The notes: a model not told the origin generated them from the letters alone. DNA of 64,000 bases from a bacterium (GCA_021162885.1 JAGGXV010000024.1:1024-65023); one strand, 5' to 3'; positions 1 through 9,259 are shown, counted from the stretch's first letter. Numbers and translations: made by a program.

Positions 1-12
1 CTTTGAAGTAAT

Positions 13-273
13 ATGAAATCTAAATTAATTATATTATTTTCAATCTTAATTGTTTTATTCGTTGCAATTGGAATCTTCTTTTGGTCAGAAAAAAAACGAG
101 GACCAATTTATCTTCCTGTTACTCCAGATTTAAAAAATTGTATTGTTGAAGAAATTGAAACTCCAGCTCCTTACCAAAAAGTTTGCTTAAATAAAAAATA
201 TCCTTTACCGTCTAAGGTTTATTTTCAAGATGGTTGGAAGGTAATTTGTTGTTCCAATTTAAATAACAAATAA
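13..273 (+). CDS. hypothetical small membrane-anchored protein (86 aa)
   Basis: Complete ORF with an N-terminal hydrophobic helix (LIILFSILIVLFVAIGIFFW) and a Cys-containing tail. No family recognised. Confidence 0.4.
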   Translation: MKSKLIILFSILIVLFVAIGIFFWSEKKRGPIYLPVTPDLKNCIVEEIETPAPYQKVCLNKKYPLPSKVYFQDGWKVICCSNLNNK

Positions 274-311
274 AAGGTCGAAGATTTTAAGTTTATTAGA
301 GCTTAAAGTAA

Positions 312-1169
312 ATGAGAAAAGTCAACTTTAAAAATTTAAGATTGGTTGTTATTATCATTATGGTTGCTTTCGTAGTGATGATAGTCTCATTTTGCATTTT
401 TAAGTCAAGTAGCACTCCTGTAGCTGCTTCTGGTAGATTTAATCTACCATTAACTTGGATTTTAACCAATTCGGGGACCTCAGTGGATACAAATAATGAT
501 GGGATTATAGATAGGGAACGCCTCCCTTTTGAGCAAGGCGACATCACTAGCGATGTAGACTCAAATACCTGGGATTTGGGCTACTATGATGTCGCCAATC
601 TTATCCCAGGAAATGTTAAATTAGATATAAGCTTTGGGAGGAATCAAACAGGTACTTTAGCTCCTGAAGGTACAGCAACTGCCGGTGATGTCTGCAACTC
701 AAAAACTTTTTACTCAGGTGGTAGTTGGACCCAAAAGACTGGAACGAGAGCTCCCAGTGACTGCGGCTACATACCCGATACTTGGTCAGGAGTTTGCATT
801 TACAAAACTGGCGATGTCTCTTGTCCTAGCGAATACCCAAACAAACATACAAGACAGGTCTGCACTGCCTGTACCTCGTGTACTGGTTCTTGTCAAGGAT
901 GTAATAGTTGTACCTCCCCCTCAGCTAAGATAAAAATGCAAGTTTATCACGACTCTCATGATTATTATTGTGTAGAAGATACTTGGATAAGTAATTATAT
1001 AAGTGGAGATACATACTTACAATGTGGTTTTACCGGTACTAACAGTGTTGCTGATATATGTAGATGCTGGTATTACCAAGGAAGCTCTTGCACTGGTTCT
1101 TGCAAAGGATGTGATTCCTGCACTGGTTCACTAACATCTTGCACTACCTATACCTATTGCTGTCAGTAA
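312..1169 (+). CDS. Cys/Thr/Ser-rich secreted or membrane-anchored protein, unknown function (285 aa)
   Basis: Complete ORF with an N-terminal signal-anchor (LRLVVIIIMVAFVVMIVSFCIF). Duplicated motif SCTGSC(Q/K)GC(N/D)SCT encoded at 861-917 and 1086-1166. C-terminus is TSCTTYTYCCQ. Confidence 0.55.
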   Translation: MRKVNFKNLRLVVIIIMVAFVVMIVSFCIFKSSSTPVAASGRFNLPLTWILTNSGTSVDTNNDGIIDRERLPFEQGDITSDVDSNTWDLGYYDVANLIPGNVKLDISFGRNQTGTLAPEGTATAGDVCNSKTFYSGGSWTQKTGTRAPSDCGYIPDTWSGVCIYKTGDVSCPSEYPNKHTRQVCTACTSCTGSCQGCNSCTSPSAKIKMQVYHDSHDYYCVEDTWISNYISGDTYLQCGFTGTNSVADICRCWYYQGSSCTGSCKGCDSCTGSLTSCTTYTYCCQ

Positions 1170-1189
1170 TAAGATCTTTGGATGTTGAA

Positions 1190-3511
1190 ATGAATAAAAA
1201 TATTTCTTCAGATCTTTTAGTTGTCAGTGGGGTTTTTGGTTTGATTTTGCCCTTGATTTTTTGGAGTTCCTGGCCTTCTCTTGGTAATGCTCTCCGAGAA
1301 TCTCTTTTAGCAGTGAGTGCTATAACAGCTGGGATAATTTTGGTAGTTTTAGGGCTAAAAGAAAAATCAGTGGTTTTAAGAAAACCAAACAAGGTAACCT
1401 GGGCCTTTTTAATTTTTGGTTTGATTTTGCTGATTTGTTTTCTTTTCAACAATACTTTATTCAATCCCATTAAAAATTTAGATATCTCTTCCCGGGGTAG
1501 TGAATTTGCTGTTTTTTTAACTTTGTTTTTGGGTTTTGTAATACTTCTTTTTTATCCTAAAGTAAAAATTAAAACTGCTCTCTTTTTAATTTACGCTGTT
1601 AGTTGGCTTTTAAGTTTAGGAGCATTATTAGCTCTCTGGGGAAAGGGGAAAATATTCTGGCAACTTTTTTTAGGAAATGGAAATTCAACCCCTGCTTTAA
1701 TGAACATCAACCAAGCCACAATTTTTGCTGGAATTTCAGTGATTTCTGGTTTGTTTTTGTTTTTCGGTCTCGGCCAAAATAAAAAAATTGTTATTCCTTG
1801 GAAGAAAATTTTAGTTTTAACAACTTGGTTCTTGCCTCTCTTTTTGATTTTAGTGGTTGGAGTAAGATTTGTTACCATACCTTTATTTTTTGGAGTTTTT
1901 GGAACATTTTTAACCAGGAGCATTGTTTCAAAAAAGAAAACATCGCTTTTAGCTGTTATTTTATTACTTTTTATTTTTATCCTGGCGATTGGGGGCCCCA
2001 AAATTCGTTTAGCCCTGAAATCTTTACCCGTTGAAGTAGCCCTTACTCAGAAGGCAAGTTTTGAAATAACTGAAAGATATTTTTCTCAAAGTCTCAAAAA
2101 CCTTGTTTTTGGCGAGGGAAGGGGAAGTTTTCCTTTCATCTACGAAAAATTCCGAACTCCAACTATTTCTCAAACTCCTTTTTGGAGTTTAACTTTTCCT
2201 TTAGGAGCTAGTGAATTCTGGACTTTTTTAATTGAAGCAGGAATTTTGGGAATGATGGGACTTTTTATTTTACTGGGAGCTGTTTTTTGGAGCTTTCTAA
2301 ATTTTATTAAAAAAAGGCCAACTGAAATAAAGCAAGAAAATTTATTTTTTCCCATTTTCTTTGGCCTTTTTTCTTTCTTTGTTTTACTCTTTTTCCTTTA
2401 CCCCTTTTCTTTGGGGCTTTGGATATTTTTCATTTTCTCTTTTGCTTTCCTGGCCGTGGCTTTATCTTCGGATAAAACAATTAAATGGAAAAGGACAACT
2501 TTTAGAAGTGCAATATTTTTAATTTCTCTAATTTTAGTGTTTTTAACTTCTCTTTATCCTTTGAAAGAAACGATAATGGAGGGTTTTGTTGCTAAGGCTC
2601 AAAGTGCCACTGACTTTACTCAAAAAGAAAATTATCTCAATTCGGCAGAGAAAGTTTTTTCTTCTCACCCCCGACCTTATCTTATCTCAGCCCAAACCTA
2701 TTCTCAGGTGGCTTTTCAGATTCTCAGTCAAAAAGAAAGTTTAAAAGATGAAAAAATCATTTCTTTTTTACAAGAGCTCTTAAGCAAAATTAGTCAAAAC
2801 GGAGAGAGGGCTGTCGATTTGGAAAAAAGAGATCCCCGAGCCCCCCTTTTAATGGCAGACATTTATCTTAATCTCGCTAAACTCGGGATAGATACAGAAA
2901 AAGCAGTGGAATTATCTGAACAATACGCTGATTTATCAATCCAAAGAGCTTCCCAGAGCGTTCTCCCAGTTTTTAAAAAAGCCCAGGCAAAATTTATTTT
3001 AGCTGATAAATTTAGAAGAGAGGGGAATAATGAAAAGAAAGAGGAAACAGTGAGGGAAGTTAATTTACTCTTGGGGGAGACACTAAATCGCTCTCCAGGG
3101 TTTTTGCCAGCCAGAGAAATGGAAGTAATTTTAGCTGATTTTCAAGAAAATTATTCGAAAGTAATTGAATTGGGTAATAATTTTTTAACCGACCAACCCC
3201 GAAATACAGAGATTCGTTATTTAGTAGCTAAGGCGTATTGGCAGCAAGAACAATGGGAGAAAGCTGAATCTCAGATCCAGATTGTTTTAAATCAAAATCG
3301 AGCTCACTTTGCCAGCTTAATTTTGGCTGGCAAATTAGCTGCCAGAGAAGAAGACTTTCCAAGAGCTATTGATTTTTTTGAAAGAGCTCGCGCTCAAGCC
3401 CCAGAGAACAAAGAACTCCCAGAAATTCTGGCTGCTTTAAGAAGAGGAGAAAATTCCTTCCTGTTCACTCCTCCTGCTACTACCACAGAATCTGCAATCA
3501 CCACAGAATAA
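1190..3511 (+). CDS. polytopic membrane protein, O-antigen ligase/polymerase-like, with C-terminal TPR-like repeats
   Basis: The ORF-track start at 1139 overlaps the upstream gene, so the in-frame ATG at 1190 (MNKNISSDLL) is more likely. More than 10 hydrophobic segments are followed by a soluble helical-repeat tail (AKAYWQQEQWEKAESQIQIVL, DFPRAIDFFERARAQAP). The family call is by architecture only. Confidence 0.5.
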   Translation: MNKNISSDLLVVSGVFGLILPLIFWSSWPSLGNALRESLLAVSAITAGIILVVLGLKEKSVVLRKPNKVTWAFLIFGLILLICFLFNNTLFNPIKNLDISSRGSEFAVFLTLFLGFVILLFYPKVKIKTALFLIYAVSWLLSLGALLALWGKGKIFWQLFLGNGNSTPALMNINQATIFAGISVISGLFLFFGLGQNKKIVIPWKKILVLTTWFLPLFLILVVGVRFVTIPLFFGVFGTFLTRSIVSKKKTSLLAVILLLFIFILAIGGPKIRLALKSLPVEVALTQKASFEITERYFSQSLKNLVFGEGRGSFPFIYEKFRTPTISQTPFWSLTFPLGASEFWTFLIEAGILGMMGLFILLGAVFWSFLNFIKKRPTEIKQENLFFPIFFGLFSFFVLLFFLYPFSLGLWIFFIFSFAFLAVALSSDKTIKWKRTTFRSAIFLISLILVFLTSLYPLKETIMEGFVAKAQSATDFTQKENYLNSAEKVFSSHPRPYLISAQTYSQVAFQILSQKESLKDEKIISFLQELLSKISQNGERAVDLEKRDPRAPLLMADIYLNLAKLGIDTEKAVELSEQYADLSIQRASQSVLPVFKKAQAKFILADKFRREGNNEKKEETVREVNLLLGETLNRSPGFLPAREMEVILADFQENYSKVIELGNNFLTDQPRNTEIRYLVAKAYWQQEQWEKAESQIQIVLNQNRAHFASLILAGKLAAREEDFPRAIDFFERARAQAPENKELPEILAALRRGENSFLFTPPATTTESAITTE

Positions 3512-3533
3512 AGAATTAAATTGAAAAATTAAG

Positions 3534-3562
3534 ATCATCCTCCTGGGATGGTTTTTGTTTTT
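3534..3562 (+). terminator. intrinsic terminator after the membrane/TPR gene
   Basis: Hairpin ATCATCC-tcctg-GGATGGT followed by TTTTGTTTTT. Confidence 0.6.
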
Positions 3563-3592
3563 AGAAATTTGTAGTATTATTAAAGAAAAGAA

Positions 3593-4915
3593 ATGTACAA
3601 AAAAACTACTTTAAAAAATGGCTTGCGGATTATTACGGTGCCGATGAAAAACACCCAAGCGGTGACTGTTTTAGTAGTGGTGGGGGCGGGTTCTAAATAC
3701 GAAACTAAGCAGGAGAACGGAATTTCCCACTTTCTTGAGCATATGTTTTTCAAAGGAACTAAAAAGCGACCAACTACTTTAAAAATTGCTGAAACTCTGG
3801 ATAGAATTGGGGGTGCCTACAATGCTTTCACCTCAAAAGAATTTACTGGCTTTTGGGCAAAAGTTGATTCCAAGCATTTAGATTTAGCCTTGGATTGGGT
3901 CAGCGATATTTTTTTAAACTCAAAATTAGAGACCAAAGAGATAAAAAAGGAAAAGGGTGTAATTATTGAGGAGATGAATATGTACTTAGATACCCCGATG
4001 AGATATATTGAGGAACTTTTCGAAAAACTGCTTTACGGAGACCAACCGGCCGGTTGGTTAACGATTGGAGAGAAAGAAAATATTTTAAGATTTAAAAGGG
4101 AACAATTTCTTAGGTATTTGAGAAATCATTATTCTGCTTTGAATACTATTGTTTGTGTTGCGGGCAATATAGAGAAATCAAAAATCTCCCGGTCATCTGC
4201 TAGCGCAACCAGCGGGGCAGACAAAAACCAAAAATCAAAAATACAATCTAAAATTCAAAAATATTTCAAAAATATTAAAAAAATACCACCCCGACCAAAG
4301 ATGAAGGTTATAGAAAAGCAAGATAAACCTCGTGTCCTCAGCTATTTTAAAAAAACCGATCAGACCCATCTTTGTTTGGGGGTAAGAGGATATAGCTTAA
4401 ACCATAACCAAAAATATCCTCAAGAAATTTTAGCCACAATTCTTGGTGGCAATATGAGTTCTCGACTTTTCATTTTAATTAGAGAAAAAAAAGGACTTGC
4501 TTATTATATTAAAACTTCCTCAGAATTTTATACTGATAGTGGTTATTTAGTTACTCAAGCTGGTATTCCCCATAAAAATGTGGGAGAAGTTATAAATTTA
4601 ATTTTAAAAGAATATAAAAATCTCCGAGAAAAAAAGATTTCCAAAAGTGAGCTCCAAAAGGCTAAAGATTATTTAAAAGGAAATTTAACTTTGACCTTAG
4701 AATCATCGGATGCCCAAGCCTCCTTTTATGCGGGGCAGGAACTTTTAACCGGGAAAATTTTGACACCCGAAGAAAAATTTGCCAAAATTGATAAAGTCAG
4801 CTTGAGCGATGTTCAAAAAGTGGCTAAAGATATCTTTCGACCCCAAAACTTAAATCTCGCTTTAATTGGTCCTCACAAGTCAAAGAAAAAATTTATTAAA
4901 TTACTAAAATTATGA
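3593..4915 (+). CDS. M16-family zinc metallopeptidase (pitrilysin-like)
   Basis: Inverted zinc motif HxxEH (HFLEH) near the N-terminus and a two-lobed M16 length. TGA stop overlaps the next start (ATGA). Confidence 0.85.
   Translation: MYKKTTLKNGLRIITVPMKNTQAVTVLVVVGAGSKYETKQENGISHFLEHMFFKGTKKRPTTLKIAETLDRIGGAYNAFTSKEFTGFWAKVDSKHLDLALDWVSDIFLNSKLETKEIKKEKGVIIEEMNMYLDTPMRYIEELFEKLLYGDQPAGWLTIGEKENILRFKREQFLRYLRNHYSALNTIVCVAGNIEKSKISRSSASATSGADKNQKSKIQSKIQKYFKNIKKIPPRPKMKVIEKQDKPRVLSYFKKTDQTHLCLGVRGYSLNHNQKYPQEILATILGGNMSSRLFILIREKKGLAYYIKTSSEFYTDSGYLVTQAGIPHKNVGEVINLILKEYKNLREKKISKSELQKAKDYLKGNLTLTLESSDAQASFYAGQELLTGKILTPEEKFAKIDKVSLSDVQKVAKDIFRPQNLNLALIGPHKSKKKFIKLLKL
4175..4263 (+). repeat. 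AAAAATC-type heptamer arrays flanking a GC-rich core, in-frame in the M16 peptidase
   Basis: AAATCAAAAATC ... tcccggtcatctgctagcgcaaccagcggggcagac ... AAAAACCAAAAATCAAAAATACAATCTAAAATTCAAAAAT. Encodes EKSKISRSSASATSGADKNQKSKIQSKIQK. Confidence 0.8.
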
Positions 4916-5973
4916 ACGGAGCTGAAAAAAATTTAGATATTAGCTGGTCAACAATTTTTAAGATTTGTCTGGCAGTCATTTTTCTCTATCTCTTGTATTT
5001 ACTGAGAGACATTATTATCTGGTTTGTCTTCGCTTTGATTATTGGGATTTTATTTAACTTTATTGTTGACTATTTAGAAAAAAAGAGAATTCCTCGAGTG
5101 GCAGGAACAGTAATTTTATACTTCGCGGTTTTTACTGCTTTAGGGTTTTTTATCTACAGGACCGCTCCGGTATTTCTCTCTGAAATTCAAAAATTCAATC
5201 AAAATCTTCCCTTCTATCTCCAAAAAATCTCTCCATTTTTTGAAAAATTAGGAGTTGAAGCTTTTAAAAGCACTGAGAATTTTACCAGAGCTATCCAAGA
5301 AAGTTTAGGGAAGGCGGGAGAGAACATTTTCAGCGCTCTCTTTGCTCTTTTTGGAGGACTGGGGGCAACAGTATTTATAATTTTTCTAGCTTTTTTTATT
5401 TCTTTGGAGAAAAACTTTGGTGAGAGAGTTCTTAAAGTTCTGGCTCCTGAAGGATATCAGGATTATCTTTTTAACCTTTGGCATAGATCAAAACAAAAAG
5501 TCAGTGGTTGGTTTATTTCAAGAGTGATTGGAGCTGTCTTTGTTGGAGGAATGAGTTATCTCATTTTAAGAATTTTAAATGTTGAATATGCTCTGAGTTT
5601 AAGTTTGATGGCTGGAATTTTAGATTTTATTCCAATTGTGGGACCACTTTGTGCAGGAATAATTATCGCTTTAATTGTTGCTTTAACCTCTTTGTTTCAA
5701 GCGGTTTTTGTTTTAGTCAGCTTTGGTATTGTGCAGCTCTTAGAAAACAATCTTATTTTTCCTCTAGCTTTTAAAAAGTTTACTGGCCTTCCTCCAGTTT
5801 TAGTTCTAACTGCTTTTGCAATCGGAGCTAAACTCTGGGGGGTTTTAGGAGCGATTTTGGCTATTCCGTTGGCTGGAGTGATTTTTGAAATTTTGAAAGA
5901 TTACCTAGCTAAAAGAAAGAAAGATTTCTCAGGAGATTTCTCGGAGAGACAGCCTCTAGACAATCAGGGTTGA
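4912..5973 (+). CDS. AI-2E family transporter (PerM/UPF0118-like permease)
   Basis: 353 aa with multiple TM helices. Sequence pattern is typical of the AI-2E/PerM family, including a Gly/Pro-rich C-terminal TM region (IPIVGP..., AIPLAGV). Confidence 0.75.
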   Translation: MNGAEKNLDISWSTIFKICLAVIFLYLLYLLRDIIIWFVFALIIGILFNFIVDYLEKKRIPRVAGTVILYFAVFTALGFFIYRTAPVFLSEIQKFNQNLPFYLQKISPFFEKLGVEAFKSTENFTRAIQESLGKAGENIFSALFALFGGLGATVFIIFLAFFISLEKNFGERVLKVLAPEGYQDYLFNLWHRSKQKVSGWFISRVIGAVFVGGMSYLILRILNVEYALSLSLMAGILDFIPIVGPLCAGIIIALIVALTSLFQAVFVLVSFGIVQLLENNLIFPLAFKKFTGLPPVLVLTAFAIGAKLWGVLGAILAIPLAGVIFEILKDYLAKRKKDFSGDFSERQPLDNQG

Positions 5974-6013
5974 AAAACCAGACCTGGTGGGCTGGAGAGC
6001 TCATTTTTTGAAA

Positions 6014-6721
6014 ATGGCATTTTTTTATATTGTTGCCACTCCAATTGGAAACTTAAAAGATATTACCTTGCGTGCTCTTCAAATTCTAAAGAGCGTTGAT
6101 TTAATTTTGGCAGAAGATACCAGGAGAACTCAAAAACTTTTAAACCATTTTAATATTAAAACCAAAACTCTATCTTATCACCAACATTCAAAACTCAAAA
6201 AAGTAAATTACATTTTAAAACTTTTGCAGCAAGGAAAAAACTTAGCTTTAGTTTCTGATGCTGGTACTCCAGGAATTTCTGACCCGGGAAATAAATTAGT
6301 TAAAACAGTGATTGAGTCGTTAAGTGATCAAGTAAAAATCCTCGCCGTCCCTGGTGCTTCGGCAGTTACGGCGGCAGCCAGTATTTCTGGCTTTCCAATG
6401 GATAAATTTTTATTTTTGGGCTTCCCCCCAGCCAAACGGAAAAGAAAAAAGTTTTTTGAAGAAGTCATCAATTCAAAATACCCGGTAATCTTTTATGAAT
6501 CACCACATCGTATTTTAAAAACTCTGAACGAGCTAAAACTGTCGTATTATCATTGCTATAGCAATCTTAATACGACACTTCAGGTTGTGGTTTGCCGAGA
6601 GTTGACTAAAAAATTTGAAATTGTCTATCGCGGTACCATCGAAGAAATAATTGACAAAATAAAAGCAGAAAACAAAGTCAAAGGCGAATTTGTTGTAATT
6701 GTGCATTCATCCAAAAATTAA
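6014..6721 (+). CDS. rsmI: 16S rRNA (cytidine1402-2'-O)-methyltransferase RsmI
   Basis: FYIVATPIGNLKDITLRAL, LAEDTRRT, VPGASAV and RELTKKFE motifs. ATG at 6014 is preferred to the GTG at 5987. Confidence 0.85.
   Translation: MAFFYIVATPIGNLKDITLRALQILKSVDLILAEDTRRTQKLLNHFNIKTKTLSYHQHSKLKKVNYILKLLQQGKNLALVSDAGTPGISDPGNKLVKTVIESLSDQVKILAVPGASAVTAAASISGFPMDKFLFLGFPPAKRKRKKFFEEVINSKYPVIFYESPHRILKTLNELKLSYYHCYSNLNTTLQVVVCRELTKKFEIVYRGTIEEIIDKIKAENKVKGEFVVIVHSSKN
6541..6576. repeat. 36-nt imperfect palindrome inserted in-frame in rsmI
   Basis: GTCGTATTAtcaTTGCTA|TAGCAAtctTAATACGAC (15/18 arm matches). Encodes SYYHCYSNLNTT just before the conserved RELTK motif. Confidence 0.8.
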
Positions 6722-8268
6722 TGACAAAGCAGAAGAAAAAATTTTTTATTTCTACCGCCATAGATTATGTTAACTCGTCTCCTCATGTAGGGCATGCTCT
6801 GGAGAAAATTCAAGCAGATGTTGTAGCCAGATATTATCGGTTTTTGGGTGAGGATGTTTTCTTTTTGACAGGAACAGATGAGAATTCCCTAAAAAATGTC
6901 AGGGCAGCCGAAAAAGAAGGGGTGAGCGTTAAAAAATTAGTTGATAGAAATTCTAAAAAATTTTATGAATTGAAAAAAATTCTCAACCTTTCTTTAGATG
7001 ATTTTATTCGAACCACCGAAGAAAGGCATATCAAAGGTGCTCAAAAACTTTGGCTGGCTTGTCAAAAAGATATTTACAAAAAGAAATATAAAGGGCTTTA
7101 TTGTGTAGGCTGTGAAGCATTTTTAAAAGAAAACGAATTAGTAGATGGTCTTTGCCCGGAACACAAAACAAAGCCCGAATTGATCGAAGAAGAAAATTAT
7201 TTTTTTAAACTCTCAAAGTATCAAAAAGAGTTAAAAAAAATAATTGAAAATGACGAAGTAAGAATCATTCCCCAAGCTCGAAAAAACGAAATTTTGAGTT
7301 TTATAAAACAGGGCTTGGAAGATATTTGTATTTCTCGCGCAGCCGAAAGGGCCCATAACTGGGGGATTGATGTGCCCGGTGATCCTTCACAAAAGATTTG
7401 GGTTTGGTTCGATGCCCTCAGCAACTATATTACAGCTTTAGGTTATACTGAAAATGCTGAGAAATTTCAAGAATTTTGGCAAGAAAATGAACAGAAACTT
7501 CATATTATCGGCAAGGGAGTTTTAAGATTTCATGCAATTTATTGGCCAGCTTTTCTTCTTTCAGCAAATTTAACTTTGCCAAAAACAATTTTTGTCCACG
7601 GTTACATAACTTCTGCCGGACAAAAAATGTCAAAGTCACTTGGAAATGTAGTTGACCCTTTTGAGTTGGTTGAAAAGTATGGCACAGATACTGTCCGTTA
7701 TTTTCTCTTGCGAGAAATTCCTCCAACCGAGGATGGAGATTTTACCTATGAGAAATTTGAAGGGCGATATAACTCGGACTTGGCTTCGGGTTTGGGGAAT
7801 TTGGTAGCCAGAGTTTTAACAATGGCAGAAAAACAAATTTTCAATTTTCAATTTTCAATTTTCAATAAATTTTCAAATCCCAATTTTCAAACATTTATAA
7901 ATAAAAGCAAAAAAAAGTGGCAAACTTCTTTGGATAACTTTAAGTTTAATGAGGCGTTGGCTGTCATTTGGCAATTGATTGGTTTTTGTGACCAGTATAT
8001 TGAAAAAGAAAGACCCTGGGAGAGTAAAAATCAAAAATCAAAAATCAAAAATCAAAAAGTTATTTATAACTTACTAGTTGCTTTAGCCAATATCGCCCAG
8101 ATGCTCCAACCCTTTTTACCCGAAACCTCAGAAAAGATATTTAAACAACTTGGGATTGAGAAGATGAAAGATGTAAGATACAAGATGGAAGATTTAAAAT
8201 TCAAAATCAAAAAACAAAAGCCCCTCTTCCCCCGTCTTTCTGGGGATTGTCCTCGAGCGGAAATTTAG
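6721..8268 (+). CDS. metG: methionyl-tRNA synthetase
   Basis: HIGH-type motif (SPHVGHAL), KMSKS (QKMSKSLGN) and a zinc knuckle (CVGC...CPEH). Confidence 0.95.
   Translation: MTKQKKKFFISTAIDYVNSSPHVGHALEKIQADVVARYYRFLGEDVFFLTGTDENSLKNVRAAEKEGVSVKKLVDRNSKKFYELKKILNLSLDDFIRTTEERHIKGAQKLWLACQKDIYKKKYKGLYCVGCEAFLKENELVDGLCPEHKTKPELIEEENYFFKLSKYQKELKKIIENDEVRIIPQARKNEILSFIKQGLEDICISRAAERAHNWGIDVPGDPSQKIWVWFDALSNYITALGYTENAEKFQEFWQENEQKLHIIGKGVLRFHAIYWPAFLLSANLTLPKTIFVHGYITSAGQKMSKSLGNVVDPFELVEKYGTDTVRYFLLREIPPTEDGDFTYEKFEGRYNSDLASGLGNLVARVLTMAEKQIFNFQFSIFNKFSNPNFQTFINKSKKKWQTSLDNFKFNEALAVIWQLIGFCDQYIEKERPWESKNQKSKIKNQKVIYNLLVALANIAQMLQPFLPETSEKIFKQLGIEKMKDVRYKMEDLKFKIKKQKPLFPRLSGDCPRAEI
7834..7892 (+). 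repeat. (CAATTTT)n heptamer array in metG
   Basis: CAAATTTT CAATTTT CAATTTT CAATTTT CAATAAATTTT CAAATCC CAATTTT CAAAC. Encodes QIFNFQFSIFNKFSNPNFQ. Confidence 0.9.
8026..8058 (+). repeat. (AAAAATC)4 heptamer array in metG
   Basis: Four exact AAAAATC units plus a partial unit. Encodes KNQKSKIKNQK. Confidence 0.9.
8161..8195 (+). repeat. (AAGATGN)5 heptamer array in metG
   Basis: AAGATGA AAGATGT AAGATAC AAGATGG AAGATTT. Encodes KMKDVRYKMEDL. Confidence 0.85.
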
Positions 8269-8272
8269 AAAT

Positions 8273-9037
8273 ATGTTAATAGACACTCATGCTCATTTGG
8301 ATTTTGAGGATTTTGACAAAGACCGGGAAGAAGTAATCCGGCGGGCTTTTGATGGTGGAATAAAAAAGATTATAAATATTGGAACAAATTTTGAACATTC
8401 GAAAAAATCAATTGCTTTGGCTGAAAAGTATGATAACATTTATGCTTCAGTAAGTTTGCATCCAATTGATGTTGAGAAAGAAAAATTTGATGAAAATGAA
8501 TGGTTGGAACTAGCAAGTCATCCAAAGGTAGTGGCGATTGGGGAAACTGGCTTTGATTTCTATCATCAATCGGATAGAAAGAAACAAAAAGAAATTTTTG
8601 AAAAATTAATTAAAATTGCTTGTAAAGTAGAAAAGCCTTTAATCTTGCATAGCCGAGAGGCTGACAAAGAAGTTCTTGAAGTGCTCAGTCACAATGAACT
8701 ACCACCAAAGCCAGGAGTGATTCACTGCTTTGGCCGAAATTATGAAGTAGCAAAAAAATTTTTGGACCTTGGTTTTTTGATTTCTTATACTGGCAATATC
8801 ACTTACAACAAAGAAAGAGCTATTTCTGTTTCTAAAGTGCCTTTAGATAAAATAATGGTTGAGACAGACTGTCCATTTATGACCCCAGCTCCTTTTCGAG
8901 GCCAGCGAAACGAACCTTTTTATGTAAAATACATCGCTCAAAAAATCGCTGAGATTAAAAATGAGAGTTTTGAGAAAGTGGCTGAAGTAACTACTAAAAA
9001 CGCCACCGAACTATTTAATTTGACTAATAAAGATTAA
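8273..9037 (+). CDS. tatD: TatD-family metal-dependent hydrolase/DNase
   Basis: N-terminal DTHAHLD, plus internal HP/HS.. and ETDCPF motifs typical of TatD. Confidence 0.9.
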   Translation: MLIDTHAHLDFEDFDKDREEVIRRAFDGGIKKIINIGTNFEHSKKSIALAEKYDNIYASVSLHPIDVEKEKFDENEWLELASHPKVVAIGETGFDFYHQSDRKKQKEIFEKLIKIACKVEKPLILHSREADKEVLEVLSHNELPPKPGVIHCFGRNYEVAKKFLDLGFLISYTGNITYNKERAISVSKVPLDKIMVETDCPFMTPAPFRGQRNEPFYVKYIAQKIAEIKNESFEKVAEVTTKNATELFNLTNKD

Positions 9038-9082
9038 ATTGGTATAATAAAAAATATTTTCATTAAAAAAGAGGAGGAAATA

Positions 9083-9259
9083 ATGAAAGAAGAAGTATTG
9101 CTAGGGACAGTTCTGGGAATTGTGTTTTTTGCTGGAATGATCTGGCTTAGCTTTAAAACTGGATTATTCCAGGGGTTTATCAAGGAAGTAAAAGGATGGA
9201 AGCAGGACTATCTGGAATGGAAGCTGAAAAGAGAGAAAAAAAGGAGAGCCAGGAAATAA
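9083..9259 (+). CDS. small membrane protein (58 aa), below the ORF-track cutoff
   Basis: Strong SD (GAGGAGGAAATAATG). One TM helix (LLGTVLGIVFFAGMIWL) and a Lys/Arg-rich tail. The stop lies in the loop of a terminator hairpin. Confidence 0.5.
   Translation: MKEEVLLGTVLGIVFFAGMIWLSFKTGLFQGFIKEVKGWKQDYLEWKLKREKKRRARK

Noticed and set aside
296-547. ORF-track entries antisense to or nested in clearly real genes. Examples: 296-547, 685-933, 1144-1470, 1591-2001, 2170-2355, 7221-7424, 17523-17753, 30175-30705, 31265-32194, 35902-36411, 37276-37575, 41319-44638 (several), 50557-50835, 56369-56671.
   Set aside because: They overlap long ORFs with recognisable families or coherent domain architecture. 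They have low-complexity or frame-shadow composition, lack ribosome-binding sites and show no recognisable motifs. They are treated as shadow ORFs of an AT-rich genome.
4913-4915. Alternative genetic code (UGA recoded, as in some CPR lineages).
   Set aside because: Long ORFs close cleanly at TGA, for example the M16 peptidase stop at 4913-4915 overlapping the next ATG. No family-recognisable gene is interrupted by in-frame TGA. This is the standard bacterial code.
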